Assembly (NCBI GenBank): GCA_038087875.1
Contig: CM075989.1
Location: 24,306,001 to 24,370,000 of the forward strand
Reading direction: 5' to 3'
Length of the DNA: 64,000 bases
DNA from: Malacoraja senta
Lineage: Eukaryota
In this document: positions 38,042-52,402 of the stretch, in pieces
Layout: every line of letters starts with the position of its first letter
Position numbering within the stretch: position 1 is the first letter of the stretch
Program-made: the position numbers and the translations under genes
The notes under the pieces: generated by a model
What the model saw: only the letters and a program-made list of their open reading frames with translations
Database searches by the model: none
Told to the model about the DNA's origin: nothing

Positions 38042-39926
38042 CTGTCCCACTGAGTTACTCCAGCATTTTGTGCCTATCGCAATGTAAACCAGCATCTGCA
38101 CTTCCTTCCTACACAATAATACAAGGGAGTTCTTCGTACAAATGCAAAGTAAAGGAGGTAATAATCTAAAATTATTTAACCCCTCCTGACATCTGGAAAA
38201 TTGTAATTGAAAATCAAGTTGAGGTTAGTTGTCGTGCAATAAACTGCAAACAAAACTCATCAACAAACAGAAATCTGACAATAATATAAAATGCTGGAAT
38301 TATTCAGCAGTTCAGGCAGCATCTGTGGAAAGTAAAGCAGATGAAAAGTCTTTGCTCTGAAATGTTGTTTCTGCTCCTCTTTACACAGGTGCTGCCGGAC
38401 CTGCTGAGTATTTCCAGCATTTTCTGTTTATAATTTAATCCAGGTTTTGCAAAAATAGATGGTCCCACTCCAAATATGTTTTAAATCCCACCCGGGTTCC
38501 ATCCATGTGGAGTTCCAGAGAATAGTATTGGGTGGCATGTACAGCTACTTTATTACAGTCTCCGCCCTCCCCCCCCCACACACACACACACACCAGTTAC
38601 AGTAAAATTAACCCCGAAAATACAGGTTGGTGGCTGAGTGTTTATATTGAATGATCATTTTCTGTTGGGTCAGGTCCACCCAGGCTGAAGGCTTCACAAG
38701 TGAGCAATCAACCATGCTGCAAGCTAGTGTCTTTGCCAGAGGCTATCAAGTTGCCAGAGCTGGGGCTTTATTTCTGGGAAGGAATGGCTGGGGAATTGTT
38801 GCAGACTGTTTACTCCATTCTGCATTAAGTTATACTGGTTCATAGCCAGCGTGAGGAGGTGATAGTTACTCTCAACATAACTTGGAGTAAATAACTCCAT
38901 TGTCATTTGTGTTGGGAGTGCTGACGTGAAACAGCTGTGTATTTACAACCAGGGACATAAATTTGGAAATTCGGTCGTGATTCGAGAAAGAGTCTCAGAT
39001 ATTATAGTGAAGCGTACGGCTCTGAAACACGGAACTAAACGCTGCAGAATGTGATGGGCGGTGGAGTCAGGAACAAAATGTATGATATAAGCAGCTTGTA
39101 TCCCCTTTCTCCCCCTCTCCTCTCCACGCAAACACTGCACTAATTGTGAATCATCTGTAGCTCTCGATGAGATATTCAATAGCCTTGCAAGGAGGAGCAC
39201 TTCAGTACTGCAGCAGACATATCGTAACGTTTTTAGTCTAAATAGTGATCAGATGTTGACCCAAGGCTGGAAATATCGTTTGCTACAGTATCATGACTGG
39301 CGGTTTGATAGAAATGACCCACTTTGTGAGTATTATTGAAGGCATTTAAAGCACAATTGTGACTGATGGATATGCACAAGTTGCTGGAGAAAGGTGACAC
39401 GCTAACATAAGTCATAAGGTCATGTGATAGGAGTAGAATTAGGCCATTCGGCCCATCTAATTCATTTCACTTGCACTTTATGTGAAATGTGACGAATAAA
39501 ACCGTATTGTATTGTATTATAATCCACTCCGCCATTCAATCATGGCTGATCTATCTCTCCTAACCCCATTCTCCTGCCTTCTCCCCATAACCTCTGACAC
39601 CCGTACTAATCAAAAATCTATCTATCTCTGCTATAAAAATATCCACTGACTTGGCCTCCACAGCCTCCTTTGGAAACTTCAGTGGAAACACTGACAATTG
39701 CCTGTTGATTTGAAGGTGTGGAAACCCAGTTTCAGAGCTTTAGATTGGATGGAGGCAGTCACATTAACAAGATGACACTACCCACACTAACCTCTCCCCC
39801 ACCCACCAGATCTGTACATAACTCAGCAGCTGCCCCCATCAAGACCGTCCATGTGAAGACCAACCATATTGTGAATCTGCAGGGCCTTGCAGTTTTAAAA
39901 GCCTTTCCCACAGACATGCCAACAAG

Positions 39927-40400
39927 GGCAGCATAGTGGTGCAGCAGTAACATTGCTGCCTCACAGCGCCGAAGACACGGGTTCGATCCTGACTGCGGGT
40001 GCTGTCTGTATGGAGTGTGTATGTTCTCCCTGTGACCACGTGGGTTTTCTCTGGGTGCTCCAGTTTCCTCTCTCGCTCCAAAGACTCAAGGACCTGTCCC
40101 ACTTGGGCGCCATTTGCACGTCACGCAGGTTGCGCGCGACGATTTTGAGCATCCAAAAATCCTGGGGCGCCGAGCGCTACCGTGCGTCACTGCATACGCC
40201 ACCACGCATCACCGTGCGTCATGACGCACCAACCAATTTTTAGGATGTCGCGCAAAAGACGCCCAAATGGGACAAGCCCTTTACAGGTCTGTAGGTTCAT
40301 TGGTCCCTGATGTGTGTAAGATAGTGTTAGTGCCGGGGATCGCTGGTCGTTGCGGAGTCGTTGGGCCGAAGGGCCTGTTTTCGTGCTGTACCTCTAAAAT
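39927..40400 (+). mobile_element. V-SINE interrupted by a MITE
   Basis: The SINE sequence ...CTCCAAAGAC|TACAGGT... is split. Confidence 0.8.
40088..40281. mobile_element. MITE with AAGGxCCTGTCCCACTT termini, nested in a V-SINE
   Basis: AAGGACCTGTCCCACTTGGGCG ... CGCCCAAATGGGACAAGCCCTT|TA. Confidence 0.78.
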
Positions 40401-40899
40401 CAAAAGAAAAGTCAAGTCTAAATAACACTGACGGCTGCTAATACCTACCTCTTGCTCAGCTGACTGCCATAACCGTTTACAGTGTTCAGAGGCTTTGAAA
40501 ATTATTTGATAATGTGCTTGAAAACAAAAATCTAATTATTATTAATTTATATAGTAAGAAAGAACTGCAGATGCTGGTAAAATCAAAGGTTGACACAAAA
40601 AGCTGGCGTAACTCAGCGGGTGAGGCAGCATCTCTGGAGAGAAGGAATGGGTGGCGTTTCGGGTCGAGACCCTTCTTCAGACTGAAAGATCACCCATTCC
40701 TTCTCTCCAGAGATGCTGCCTCACCCGCTGAGTTATTTTATCATTATTTTAGCTGGTTCTCAAATATTATGGTGAAGCGCAGAGCTCAGAAAGACATTGA
40801 ATGTGTAACTAAACGTTGTTGAGACGCAGGACAGAGATGAGCCGTGACTTACAAACACCTACATCACATTTATTGGAAAGAAAGACACATTGTTCTGTG

Positions 40900-41208
40900 T
40901 GGGTGGCACGGTGGTAGAGTTGCTGCCTTACAGCGCTTACAGCGCCAGAGAACCAGGATTCAATCCCGACCACGGGTGCTGTCTGTACGGAGTTTGTACG
41001 TTCTCCCCGTGACCGCGTGGGTTTTCACAGAGATCTTCGGTTTCCTCCCACACTCCAAAGACGTACGGGTTTGTAGGTTAATTGGCTTGGTATAAATGTA
41101 AACATTGTCCCTAGTGTGTGTCGGGTAGTGTTAATGTGCGGGGATCGCTGGTCGGTTGGGACTCGGTGGGCCAAAGGGCCTGGTTCCGCGCTGTATCTCT
41201 AAACTAAA
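40900..41208 (+). mobile_element. V-SINE (HE1-like)
   Basis: Head, V-domain and tail motifs. Confidence 0.87.
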
Positions 41209-41403
41209 GTGAAAAAGTAAATTGTGGCTTGTGGAGACAGGTAGAACTGTTTGCTCTTCTTGGGAAAATCTGGACAGTTGAAGGTTATTAAATCTCTTTT
41301 TTTAATTTATTGATCTTGATATTTGCTCTTTAATGTCCTTAGAAGGATGCAACATTTATTGCACTCCTTCTGATGATTCACCTCTCATGAAATGTTTTAA
41401 TAG

Positions 41404-41583
41404 TGTTCGCATACATGTGGAGGAGGTTTACAGTCACGCAAGGTCCAATGCAGGCAGCTCGTGACTGATGGAAGTTCTGTCAGCCTTCCTGACGAGCTTT
41501 GTCTTGAGGACAAACCACAGATGAAGCAACCGTGTGGTGACGTTGACTGCCCACCACATCTGGCATTGGGGAAATGGTCCAAG
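41404..41583 (+). CDS. ADAMTSL3: ADAMTSL3 exon, TSP1: CSHTCGGGLQSRKVQCRQLVTDGS...DCPPHLALGKWSK
   Basis: atAG/GTAGAG, translated by hand. DCPPHLAxGxWSK is characteristic of ADAMTSL3. Confidence 0.95.
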
Positions 41584-42571
41584 GTAGAGTCATAAACCCG
41601 TTGAATCAAATACGTGTTGGATTATTGATTCTCTCTCTCCCTCTCCCTCTCTCTGCCTTCATGTTTCTTGTTGACGTGGTTTACTTATGATCTCATACCT
41701 TGCAGAAACCTTTTAATGAAAGTTAATGAAATGCCACAGAACATTGACTGAAACCAGATCCTTCAGTACAATCACCATTGCAAACCCATCTATACTAACC
41801 ACACCCTCATTCACCTGTTAGTCATAGAGTGTGGAAACAGGCCCTTCGGCCCAGCTTTGCCCACACCGACCAACATACCCCGTCTACACTAGTCCCACCT
41901 GCCTGTATTTGACCCAAATCCCTCTAAACCTGTCCTATCCATGTACATGTCTAAATGTTTTTTCAATGTTGCGATAGTCCCTGCCTCAACTACCTCCTCC
42001 AGCAGCTCATTCCATACACCCGCCACCCTTTGATTGAAAAAATTACCGTCAGGTTCCTATTAAATCTTTCCCCCCTCATCTTAAACCTATGACCTCTGGC
42101 TCTCGATTCCCCTACTCTGGACAAGAGAGTCTAAAGAAGGGTCTCGACCCGAAACGTCACCCATTCCTTCTCTCCAGGGATGCTGCCTGTCCCGCTGAGT
42201 TACTCCAGCATTTTGTGTCTACCTCTAGACAAGACACTCTGTGCATCTACATAATCTCATCTTTCTGGTATAATACACAAATAATTCAACAACATTCCAA
42301 GGACGTACAGGTTTGTAGGTTAATTGGCTTCTGAAAATTATAAATTGTCCCAAGTGCGTAGGATAGTGCTAATGTTCAGTGCGATCACTGGTTAGCGCGG
42401 ACTCGGTGAGCTGGAAGGCCTGTTTCCACCCTGTATCTCCAAAAAATAATTTTAAAGACCCATCTGTTTCTGTGGAACTAACCCTTCCTCTCATTAATTC
42501 AACCTATCATTAATTGTGTGGAATGTAAGTGTTCTTGTAAAGACTCAAGATTTCTCGTTGTGTGTTTGCAG

Positions 42572-42725
42572 TGTTCTGTGAGCTGTGGGGAAGGAATCCA
42601 GCGCAGAGATTGGGTTTGTCAGACAGTCTCCATGGCTGGGCAACAGGTCACGGTAGACCAGATGTCATGCAACGGACCCTCCAGACCTCCAACAGTTCAA
42701 GCCTGCACCATGCCTGCCTGCATTA
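42572..42725 (+). CDS. ADAMTSL3: ADAMTSL3 exon, TSP1: CSVSCGEGIQRRDWVCQ...QACTMPACI
   Basis: gcAG/GTAAGT. Lies in ORF 42518-42757, phase 0 to 1. Confidence 0.95.
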
Positions 42726-42889
42726 GTAAGTGGCCAACTTCTGTAAGTGATGCCTGAAGTATTTCACCCAAACCCATCTGACGTTAATTGCAGAAGCACA
42801 CAGCAAAATAACAAAATTACCCAAAATAACTGAATTTTGTGTTCTAGACCACAGTAAGGTTCTGTTATTTTTAGGCAATGATAACAGTT

Positions 42890-43272
42890 CTCATAAGTTC
42901 TAGGAGCAGAATTTGGCCATTCAGCCCATCAAGTCTACTCCAGCTTTCCCTCTCCCTCCTAACCCCATTCTCCTGCCTTCTCCCCATAACCTCTGACACC
43001 CGTGCTAATCAAGAATCTGTCAATCTCCGCCTTAAAAATACCCAATGACTTGGCCTCCACAACCTTCTGTGGCAATGAATTCCACAGATTCACCACCCAC
43101 TGACTAAAGAAATTCTGCCTCATCTCCTTTCTAAAGTTATGTCCATTTATTCTGAGGTTATGACCTCTGGTCCTGGACTCTCTCACTAGTGGAAACATCC
43201 TCTCCACGTCCACTCTATCCAGGCCTTTCACCATTCGGTAAGTTTCAAATGAGGTCCCCCTCATCCTTCTAA
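42890..43272 (-). mobile_element. CR1-like 3' fragment
   Basis: ORF 42959-43333. Confidence 0.85.
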
Positions 43273-44159
43273 ACGGATTGACCAAAGGGTTTAAAGTGTG
43301 ATATGGTCCCACAGAAAAGTGGGCTTGTTTCATAGTTTACCCCATGTGTTCATTGTAACAATCATACAGTATACAGATGTTAAAACATTCAGATCTACAA
43401 AAATGTTCTTTTCATTAAGTAAAACAGATTTGTGTTGCTTGACAATTATTTTCCTGGATGATGACCAGCCTTCATGTGCCAAATGTCTGCAAGGTCCAAC
43501 TCTTGAAACTGCTCCAATAGATTTTAAGAGCTATTGCTTACGTTTAAAAAAACACATGAATAACTTCACATGTATAGATTCCAGACATAAATATCTGAAA
43601 CTCTACAACTTTTTCATATATCTTGTTCTTATCAATTTCTCCTCATTGCAGAGTTTTACTGAGGCAGGGGTGTGAAAGGTTTTAGTCTGAATTGCTGAGC
43701 ACTGCCAGGTTCATGCCAAACTGGAACCTTCATCGCACTTTTCCAGTGATCCTTGCCCGCCTCATTATCTGTGTGCAGTCCCTATTTCACCTTGAGACTT
43801 CTGTCATTAAAAAAAGACACTTACTAACGCACTTTAGCACCCAAATCAAGAGAAGCTAAAGAATAATCCAGTATGGTTTCCCCACTGTTGATCGAGGCAA
43901 GTGTTCATAGATAATGGTAGATGCATGAATATTGTATTACAGTCTCAGAGCGTCTGGGTTTGGCCCCATGTCCAACATATCCCCTTTGAGAGAAGGATAG
44001 ATTAATTTTCTATCTACCTCATCTTTTTTCAATTATTTCCCATTTTTGCTTCCATGTGTGAGAAAACATTTGTGTAATCTGTGACCATCTTTAAAATAAC
44101 ATTGAATTAAGTCGCGTTGGTTATCAGATGTAATCAACTGGTTATTTGCTATCTTAATT

Positions 44160-44478
44160 AGTTTAGTTTATTTTAGGGACACAGCCTAGAAACAGGCCTT
44201 TTGGCCCACTGAGTCCATGCTGACCATCAATCACCCGTTCTGTGTTATTCCACTTTCTCATTCACTCCCTACGCACTAGGGGTAATTTACAGAAGGCCAA
44301 TTAACCTACAAACCTGTGCATCTTTGGGATGTGGGAGGAAACTGGAGCACCCAGAGGAAACCCACACAGTCACAGGGAGACCATGCAAACTTCACACAAA
44401 CAGCACCCGAGGTTAGGATTGAAGGTGGGTCTCTGGCGCTGTGAGGCAGCAGCTCTACCTGCTGCACCACTGTGCACC
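44160..44478 (-). mobile_element. V-SINE (HE1-like)
   Basis: Head, V-domain and tail motifs. Confidence 0.82.
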
Positions 44479-44687
44479 CAATATTGAGATGGTGTTTGGT
44501 TGCTTCCGAGTAAATTGCATTAATCTTTAGGCAAGGGTCTAAGAGTAAGTCTTCTTGATAAAAATAAATCAAAAATTATGCAACATTTCCACCACTTTGC
44601 TATTGAAGATAATTCTTGTATATTTTAAGTCTTAGATGTAAGTCTCATTCTAGACAATTCTTTAACATATATTTGTGTATTTCCTAG

Positions 44688-45801
44688 AGAGAAAGGACAA
44701 AAAAAACAATGTTTCTCAAAAGCAAGCTGTTCGTGAGCCACAGATCCTGGGCATACACAGAGTTTACATACAAACCAGGCAAGAGAAACGGATTCACTTT
44801 AGCATTGGAGGCCGAGCTTACCTCCTTCCAAAAACCTCCATAGTCATCCGATGTCCCGTGAGGAGATTCCATAAGTCACTGATCAAATGGGAAAGGGATG
44901 GCCACCATCTACAAAATACAAAACAAATTGGAATTACTAAATCAGGATCGCTGAAAATCCACAGACTTGAAGCGAAGGATATCGGTGTGTACAGTTGCAT
45001 TGCAGGTCCCACTCGGGATACCTTTGTCCTCAAGTTGATTGGCGATGATAACAAGTTAATCGAACCGCCTTCTTTCGTCAAAGCTAAGACGAGACAAGGC
45101 ATTGGGCCAGAGAAGATGAATCACAACGAATCCAACAGGCTGGAGGATAAATGGACCCAAATGAGCAAAATGTGGTACAGTTGGAGCAAAAAGAATGAAT
45201 TATCTGTGGATGATAGTCAGACAAATGATCACGTTTTCCTACGCCTACTTGGAAATCATTTGTTTTCAAAAAGAAAGGCTAGTTTTGCAGAGTTGTTTGA
45301 CTCGCAAGAGTTTTATAACAAACATCCTGATCGCTCTATATCCCAAGGAGCTTATAGTATGGATACCAAGCAGTTTGAAGAGATCTTACGGAATATAAGC
45401 TTCAGGATTGAGTCTGGAGAAATACCTGAAGATTTTGCTTCACAGCTGATGCACCAGTTGGCCGCTGAAGTATCTCGACCACAACCAACGGTGGAGAAAT
45501 GGAAAGTCCCAGCCGACGATAACGCATCCAGCTCCAAATTATTAGACAAGGCTCCGAATACATCTGAAGCTTTGACAGTTAAGGATGTACATCAACATAG
45601 GAAGAAACAAAAGCCTCCCACTATATTGAGAAACACACAGCTTCCTCTCCTGCCTCAGAAAAACATGAGTGTTGCAATGGGAACCGTGGCATACCTGGCC
45701 AGTAACACACTCTGTGTCACATTCCTCTGTGAATCTACCGGCAGCCCTGAGCCTGACATTTACTGGACAAAGGATGGTGCACCCGTGAAATTTAACGCAA
45801 G
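44688..45801 (+). CDS. ADAMTSL3: ADAMTSL3 large exon (1114 nt): Ig domain 1, linker, first part of Ig domain 2
   Basis: ctAG/GTACGC. Lies in ORF 44675-45880. RVYIQTR..AYLLPKTSIVIRCPVRRFHKS..GITKSGSLKIH..DIGVYSCIAG and QGAYSMDTKQFEEILRNIS favour ADAMTSL3 over ADAMTSL1. Confidence 0.97.
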
Positions 45802-45997
45802 GTACGCAAACTTAATGTCACTGTATATATTATATCTGTTAACTGTGGTGTGTTCCAAAGGGACTCGCGATAGCTCATAATTCATTCTATTGATCATGAA
45901 CATCAATGACATTACATTCTACTGTACAAATGAGACGAGCACAGCAAAGCTTTCTGAAAGCCCTGCAAACATTAGTTACAACTATCTTTAATTTCTA

Positions 45998-46368
45998 AAG
46001 ATTGTTAAGGGCTTGGGCACGCTAGAGGCAGGAAACATGTTCCTGATGTTGGGGGAGTCCAGAACCAGGGGCCACACAGTTTAAGAATAAGGAGTAAGCC
46101 ATTTAGAACGGAGGCGAGGAAACACTTTTTTTCACAGAGAGTGGTGAGTCTGTGGAATTCTCTGCCTCAGAGGGCGGTGGAGGCAGGATCTCTGGATGCT
46201 TTCAAGAGAGAGCTAGATAGGGCTCTTAAAAATAGCGGAGTCAGGGGATATGGGGAGAAGGCAGGAACGGGGTACTGATTGTGGATGATCAGCCATGATC
46301 ACATTGAATGGCGGTGCTGGCTCGAAGGGCCGAATGGCCTACTCCTGCACCTATTGTCTATTGTCTAT
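45998..46368 (+). mobile_element. CR1-like 3' fragment, nearly identical to 25151-25527
   Basis: Compared by eye. (CTATTGT)n tail. Confidence 0.9.
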
Positions 46369-47387
46369 TTCCCTGTCTTTCAGTGAATGACTGATAGATC
46401 TTTAATGACAGCCACGAATATGTGGCTTTGTGTAATTGTAGGAAAGTTTGTGAAATCAGATGTTTATTGTACATCTGTGAGTCTGAAGAAGGTTTCAACC
46501 CGAAACGTTGCCTATTTCCTTCGCTCCATAGATGCTGCCTCACCCGCTGAGTTTCTCCAGCATTTTTGTCTACCTTTGTTTATTGCACATGCTAGAATGT
46601 AAACGTGGAGAAGGTTATCCACTGTCATTTTACAAAGTTATCAGAGCAACTTGTTTCCACCATCTATAGCCTTTAGTAAATATTGTAGCATGAATTATTG
46701 GAGTCAGCAATAAAGGATCCGAGTTATCTTCTACTTAGAAGTATCTTGTCATCGAAGTCTGCCTTCAGATTAAACACCATGTTGGTGAGTGTGGTTTGTA
46801 AAGCCCCTCTCCCCTGACTCTCAGTCTGAAGAAGAATCTCAAACCGAAACATCACCTATTCCTTCTCTCCAGAGACGCTGCCTGTCCCGCTGAGTTACTC
46901 CAGCTTTTTGTGTCTGTCTTCGGTTTAAACCAGCATCTGCATCTTCCTATTCTTCAATGTGAGCATCCATTTGGGTGATGAGCAATAGATAAAGCTTGGA
47001 AAGTTTTGTAAAAGGATTGAAGTTAATTCAATTGATTGACATTTGCCCCAGGTGTGTAGGATAGAACTAGTGTACAGGTGATCAGTGTGAACTCGGTGAG
47101 CCGAAGGGCCTGTTTCCATGCTGTATATATAAATCTAAAAAAGCTAAAACTAAGGCAGATGGCTGTGGACTCCAGTTGCACTATCACTTGGGTCATGAGT
47201 AGAACACAAGATTCACACAGGGAGGGAGTGTAATACACAGAGGCCACCGTGGCACAGCTTTAGTAGGAACATGTGGAACTAAGGCCCAGTCCTCGGAGTG
47301 TTCAATATTCTAAAGTCCTTTTTACAACAAGATGTTCCTCAGAGACACAGGAAATGCAGATTCTGGAATCTTGCACAGAAGACAAAG

Positions 47388-47658
47388 TGAAACAGGTCCT
47401 TCGGCCCATCATGTCCGCACTGACCAGCGGTCACCCGGCACATTAACACTATCCTATTCACACTCGGCACGATTTTACAATTTTACTGAAGTCAATTAAC
47501 CTACAAACCTGCACGTCTTTGGAGTGAGGGAGGAAACCGGAGCACCCGGTGAAGACCCACGTGGTCACAGGGAGAACGTACAAACTCGGTACAGACAGCA
47601 CCCGTAGTCAGGATCGATCCCGGGTCTCTGACGCTGTGAGGCAGCAACTCTACCACTG
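47388..47658 (-). mobile_element. V-SINE whose head is interrupted by an L2
   Basis: SINE motifs, resuming as ACCACTGTGC at 48283. Confidence 0.8.
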
Positions 47659-48282
47659 ACCTGGAAAAGATCATCCACACATTCATCTCCTCCCGCCTAG
47701 ATTACTGCAACTCCCTTTACACTGGCATCAGCCAATCTTCCCTGTCCCGCCTGCAACTGGTCCAAAACGCTGCAGCGAGACTCCTGACGGGCACCCGAAA
47801 AAGGGACCACATCACCCCGATCCTGGCCTCTCTCCACTGGCTCCCTGTGCGGTTCCGTATAAACTTCAAGATCCTCCTCCATGTCTACAAAGCCCTCAAT
47901 GGGCTTGCCCCCACCTACATAAAAAGTCTTCTCACCCACCACTCCACCTCCAGGCCCCTCAGATCGGCCGACTTGGGGTTGCTGAATATCCCACGGTCTA
48001 GGCATAAGCTCAGGGGCGACCGCGCCTTTGCGGTTGCAGCCCCTAGACTGTGGAACAGCATCCCCTTTCCCATCAGAACTGCCCCCTCCATCGACTCCTT
48101 TAAGTCAAGATTAAAGACTTATCTATACTCCCAAGCCTTTCCTGACGTCCTCTGAGTGAGGGCTACATGTATATATGTATGTAGTTTGTTTTGTTGTGCT
48201 ATTCTTATAACAAATGTAAAGCACTTTGGCCAACGAGAGTTGTTTTTTAAATGTGCTATATAAATAAATGTGACTTGACTTG
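47659..48282 (+). mobile_element. L2-clade LINE 3' fragment with an open frame
   Basis: SRLDYCNSL..LQLVQNAAARLL..HITPILASLHWLPV..FKILL..APRLWNS..FKSRLKT (47658-48155). GACTT-repeat tail. ACCACTG on both sides. Confidence 0.93.
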
Positions 48283-48839
48283 ACCACTGTGCGGTCCACC
48301 AATCACAATCATGTTGCTACTTTGGAGACTTGTTGAGTAGCAAGTTGTGTTGCTGGACACACAGACTACTCTTCCAATAGCACTGAGCTGCTGGTGTCAT
48401 GTACTGGATTATGAACGGTGCTGTCATAATCCTTTTGATTTGTGGTTTAATTCCACAGTATTATTACAGGTAATCCATGGTGAGTTGGGGTTGAACTCAG
48501 ACAGCTTTGTTACCTGTTCCTCAATGTTTGAAGAGCACCAGGAATGGAAACCAGCAAACAATTTTCCACTGAGCAGTTTTAAGAGACAAATATTTTCTTA
48601 TTTAATGTAGAACACAAAGTGCTGGAAGAACTCATCAAGTCAGGCAGCATCCGCGGAGGGAATAGATAGGTGGACTTTTGGGTCAGGACCTTTCTTCAGT
48701 CGATATTTTTTTTCTTACTATTTCTGGGGGTAGAAACATTTACTTTTTCCAAGGATGCCTGATACCTTTTCATCTATTCCACAATGTAAAATCAACTGAC
48801 ATTGATATATGTTATGTGCCATAAAAAACAAACTGTGGG

Positions 48840-49042
48840 TGCTGGTTTATACCAAAGATAGACACAAAGCGCTGGAGTAACTCAGTAGGTCAGACAATAT
48901 CTCTGGAGAAAATTTGATAGGTGACGTTTTGGGTCGGGACCCTTCTTCAGACTGAAGGAGTGTCCCAGCCCGAAATATCATCTCTCTATTTTCTCCAGAG
49001 ATGTTGTCTGACCTACTGAGTTACTCCAGCACTTAGTGTCTA
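48840..49042. mobile_element. Penelope-terminal hairpin element
   Basis: Inverted arms TAGACAC...GTGTCTA. Confidence 0.75.
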
Positions 49043-50514
49043 CAGTATCTATGGCATGTGCCAATTCTATAGAGTTCACCTGAATGCTGCAAATATTGCA
49101 TTTCAATACAGCTGGACATGAATTTAGTTAAACTCCTGTTATTTTTGTAAGAATTACCATCACTATTATCTAAGTGAACACAGCTGTGGTGACTCTCTGC
49201 TGGTTTTAAGTTGGAATAGTTCTAATCAGAGCTGGAAGCTTTTGTTACAGCTATTACAAGGAAGACAGGTATACTCTGCATGTACGCAAGTCCTAAAGTC
49301 ATAGAATCACAGAATGGAAACTTCAGGCCACACTAGCCCATGCCAACCAACATGCCTCACTTACAGTGGACACAAGATGCTGGAGTAACTCAGTGGGACA
49401 GGCCGCATCTCTGGAGAGAAGGAATGGGCGACGTTTCAGGTCGAGAATAAATCTTTAATGATTCCCGTTTTCCAGGACCCCGTTCCTTCATCTCTACTAT
49501 GGACGTTCAGTCAATAAAATTCTGCTCCATGCCCCACCTACGCTAGTCTCACCTGCCTGCATTTGGCCCATATCCCACTAAACCTGTCCTATCCACGTAT
49601 GTTTCTTAAACGTTGCAACAGTGCCTTGTCGTCAGTTCCTTGCATCGGCAACACAAGAACAATTAGAGAAGGTCACAAAAGAAAAGTATCAGCGCGAGAA
49701 AGTGCCCTCAAATTATATCTTTTTGAAACGTGTTTAAAATGTTTACTTTTCTTGTCCTTCATGAGTTTCATATGTGAATAAACGCAGTCTGGCGTGCTGC
49801 AGCCAACAAGGTCACAGTGAGAACTGTAGACCATCATTCTTTCATTGAAGTATGCAGCAAACTCTGACCTACACACCAGTAACCTGTACAGTATCCTAGG
49901 AATCTGCTAGCTAAATATTTGGGTCTGTCCAATATTGGCATATCCTCACGTGTACAGATTAAAAGCAACAATATTCATTACAGTAATATTTGGATATAAT
50001 CCAACATAGTAAATTGACTTTGCTAATAAAAACCTGGATATCCATTCAAAATGAATCAAGTAATTGAGCTGTTTTATTTTCCATGGTGGATACATGCGAA
50101 GTTTCACATACCTGTATCCAAGCCTAGCAATGACTAAGAGAGATATTTAGCAAGCCCTTGCATCATTTTTATGGCAATGATATGTTTAGCAAGTTCTGTA
50201 ATTTATGTGGAAGATAGACGCAACATAACTCAGTGGGACACGTGGGACGGGATAGTCTGAAGAAGGGTCTCAACCCGAAACGTCACCCATCCCTTCTCTC
50301 CAGAGATGCTGCCTGTCCCGATGAGTTACTCCAGCACTTTGTGTCTATCTGCAGCATCTGCAGTTCCTTCCTATACAGTGTCATTTATTTTGCCTGAAGT
50401 TGTAATGTTGTGTTTTATCTTCAAACCAAGAATGAATAATTCAGTTTGTTGAGGTGGACAGTTTTCATTTTCTTTTTCATAATCTTTTTGTGATATTATC
50501 ATTTGTTTATTTCC

Positions 50515-51189
<675 letters not shown>

Positions 51190-52032
51190 TAATCTGTTGT
51201 TTCTCATTTATTACATTGTTTACAGTGTACTATGTTTCCATATCCAGTTGTGCTGCTGCAAGTAAGAATGTCATTGTTCTATCTGGGACAATGACACTCT
51301 TGACTCTCATTCACTGCAATAAATGTACAGACAGTTTTGCTGAAATGCTTCACGTTGAAGCAGATATCACTGCACAAAGTCATCAGAGGAATGGATCGGG
51401 TAAATGCATGGAAACTTTTGCCCAGAGTAGGGGAATCGAGAAGCAGAGGACATAGGTTTAAAGTGAGAGTGGGAGGTTTTAAGAAGAAGCTGAGACATAA
51501 CTATTTTACACAGAGGGTGGTGGGTATGGAACGAGCTGCTGGAGAAGGTCATTTTGGCAGGTACAATCATAACATTAAGGGCCATTATAAATGGCTCGAT
51601 TGTAATCATGTATTGTCTTTCTGCTGAATGGTTAGCACGCATCAAAAGCTCAGAGAGAATTCCAGCTGCTTGATAAGAGGTTCTGTAAATGCAAATGTTT
51701 CATTTTTACATCTACAGTTAATGTTTTAAGATTGTTATATTTAATGTAGTAATAATGATGTTGAAGAATGATTGTTTTGGCTCAGGCTTCCACTATGGTT
51801 CTGTAACTTTCTGCATGAAGGGAGCCTTGCTCATTATTATAGGCCGCACCTGTACTTTCTCACTCCTTTCCAACAAAGCCCTGCTCTGGAGTTCCCAAAC
51901 AAGGTGTTATCCCCAATCCAGATTGGAATTCCATCTGATGACAACAACCATGGGAATTATTTGAATGTGTTTGCAGGTTTAAAAATTGCAGTCCATAAAT
52001 CATCACCCTATGAAACTTACGTGAAAAAAAGG

Positions 52033-52402
52033 ACACAAAGTGCTGGAGTAACTCAGCGGGTCAGGCAGCATCTGTGGAGAACATGGATAGGTGACGTTTC
52101 ACAGAGTGCTGGAGTAACTCAGTGGGTCAGGCAGCATCTGTGGAGAACATGGATAGGTGACGTTTCACAGAGTGCTGGAGTAACTCAGCGGGTCAGGCAG
52201 CATCTGTGGAGAACATGGATAGGTGACGTTTCACAGAGTGCTGGAGTAACTCAGCGGGTCAGGCAGCATCACTGGAGAACATGGATAGGTGACGTTTCAC
52301 AGAGTGCTGGAGTAACTCAGCGGGTCAGGCAGCATCTCTGGAGAACATGGATAGGTGACGTTTCACAGAGTGCTGGAGTAACTCAGCGGGTCAGGCAGCA
52401 TC
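52033..52402. repeat. Tandem array of the 66-bp Penelope-terminal unit, about 5.5 copies
   Basis: Period 66 (ACAGAGTGCT at 52101 and 52167). Reverse complement of the units at 8755 and 19985. Confidence 0.92.

Noticed and set aside
37521..38169. Ser/Pro/Leu-rich ORFs
   Set aside because: Translations of the (CTCCT)n microsatellite.
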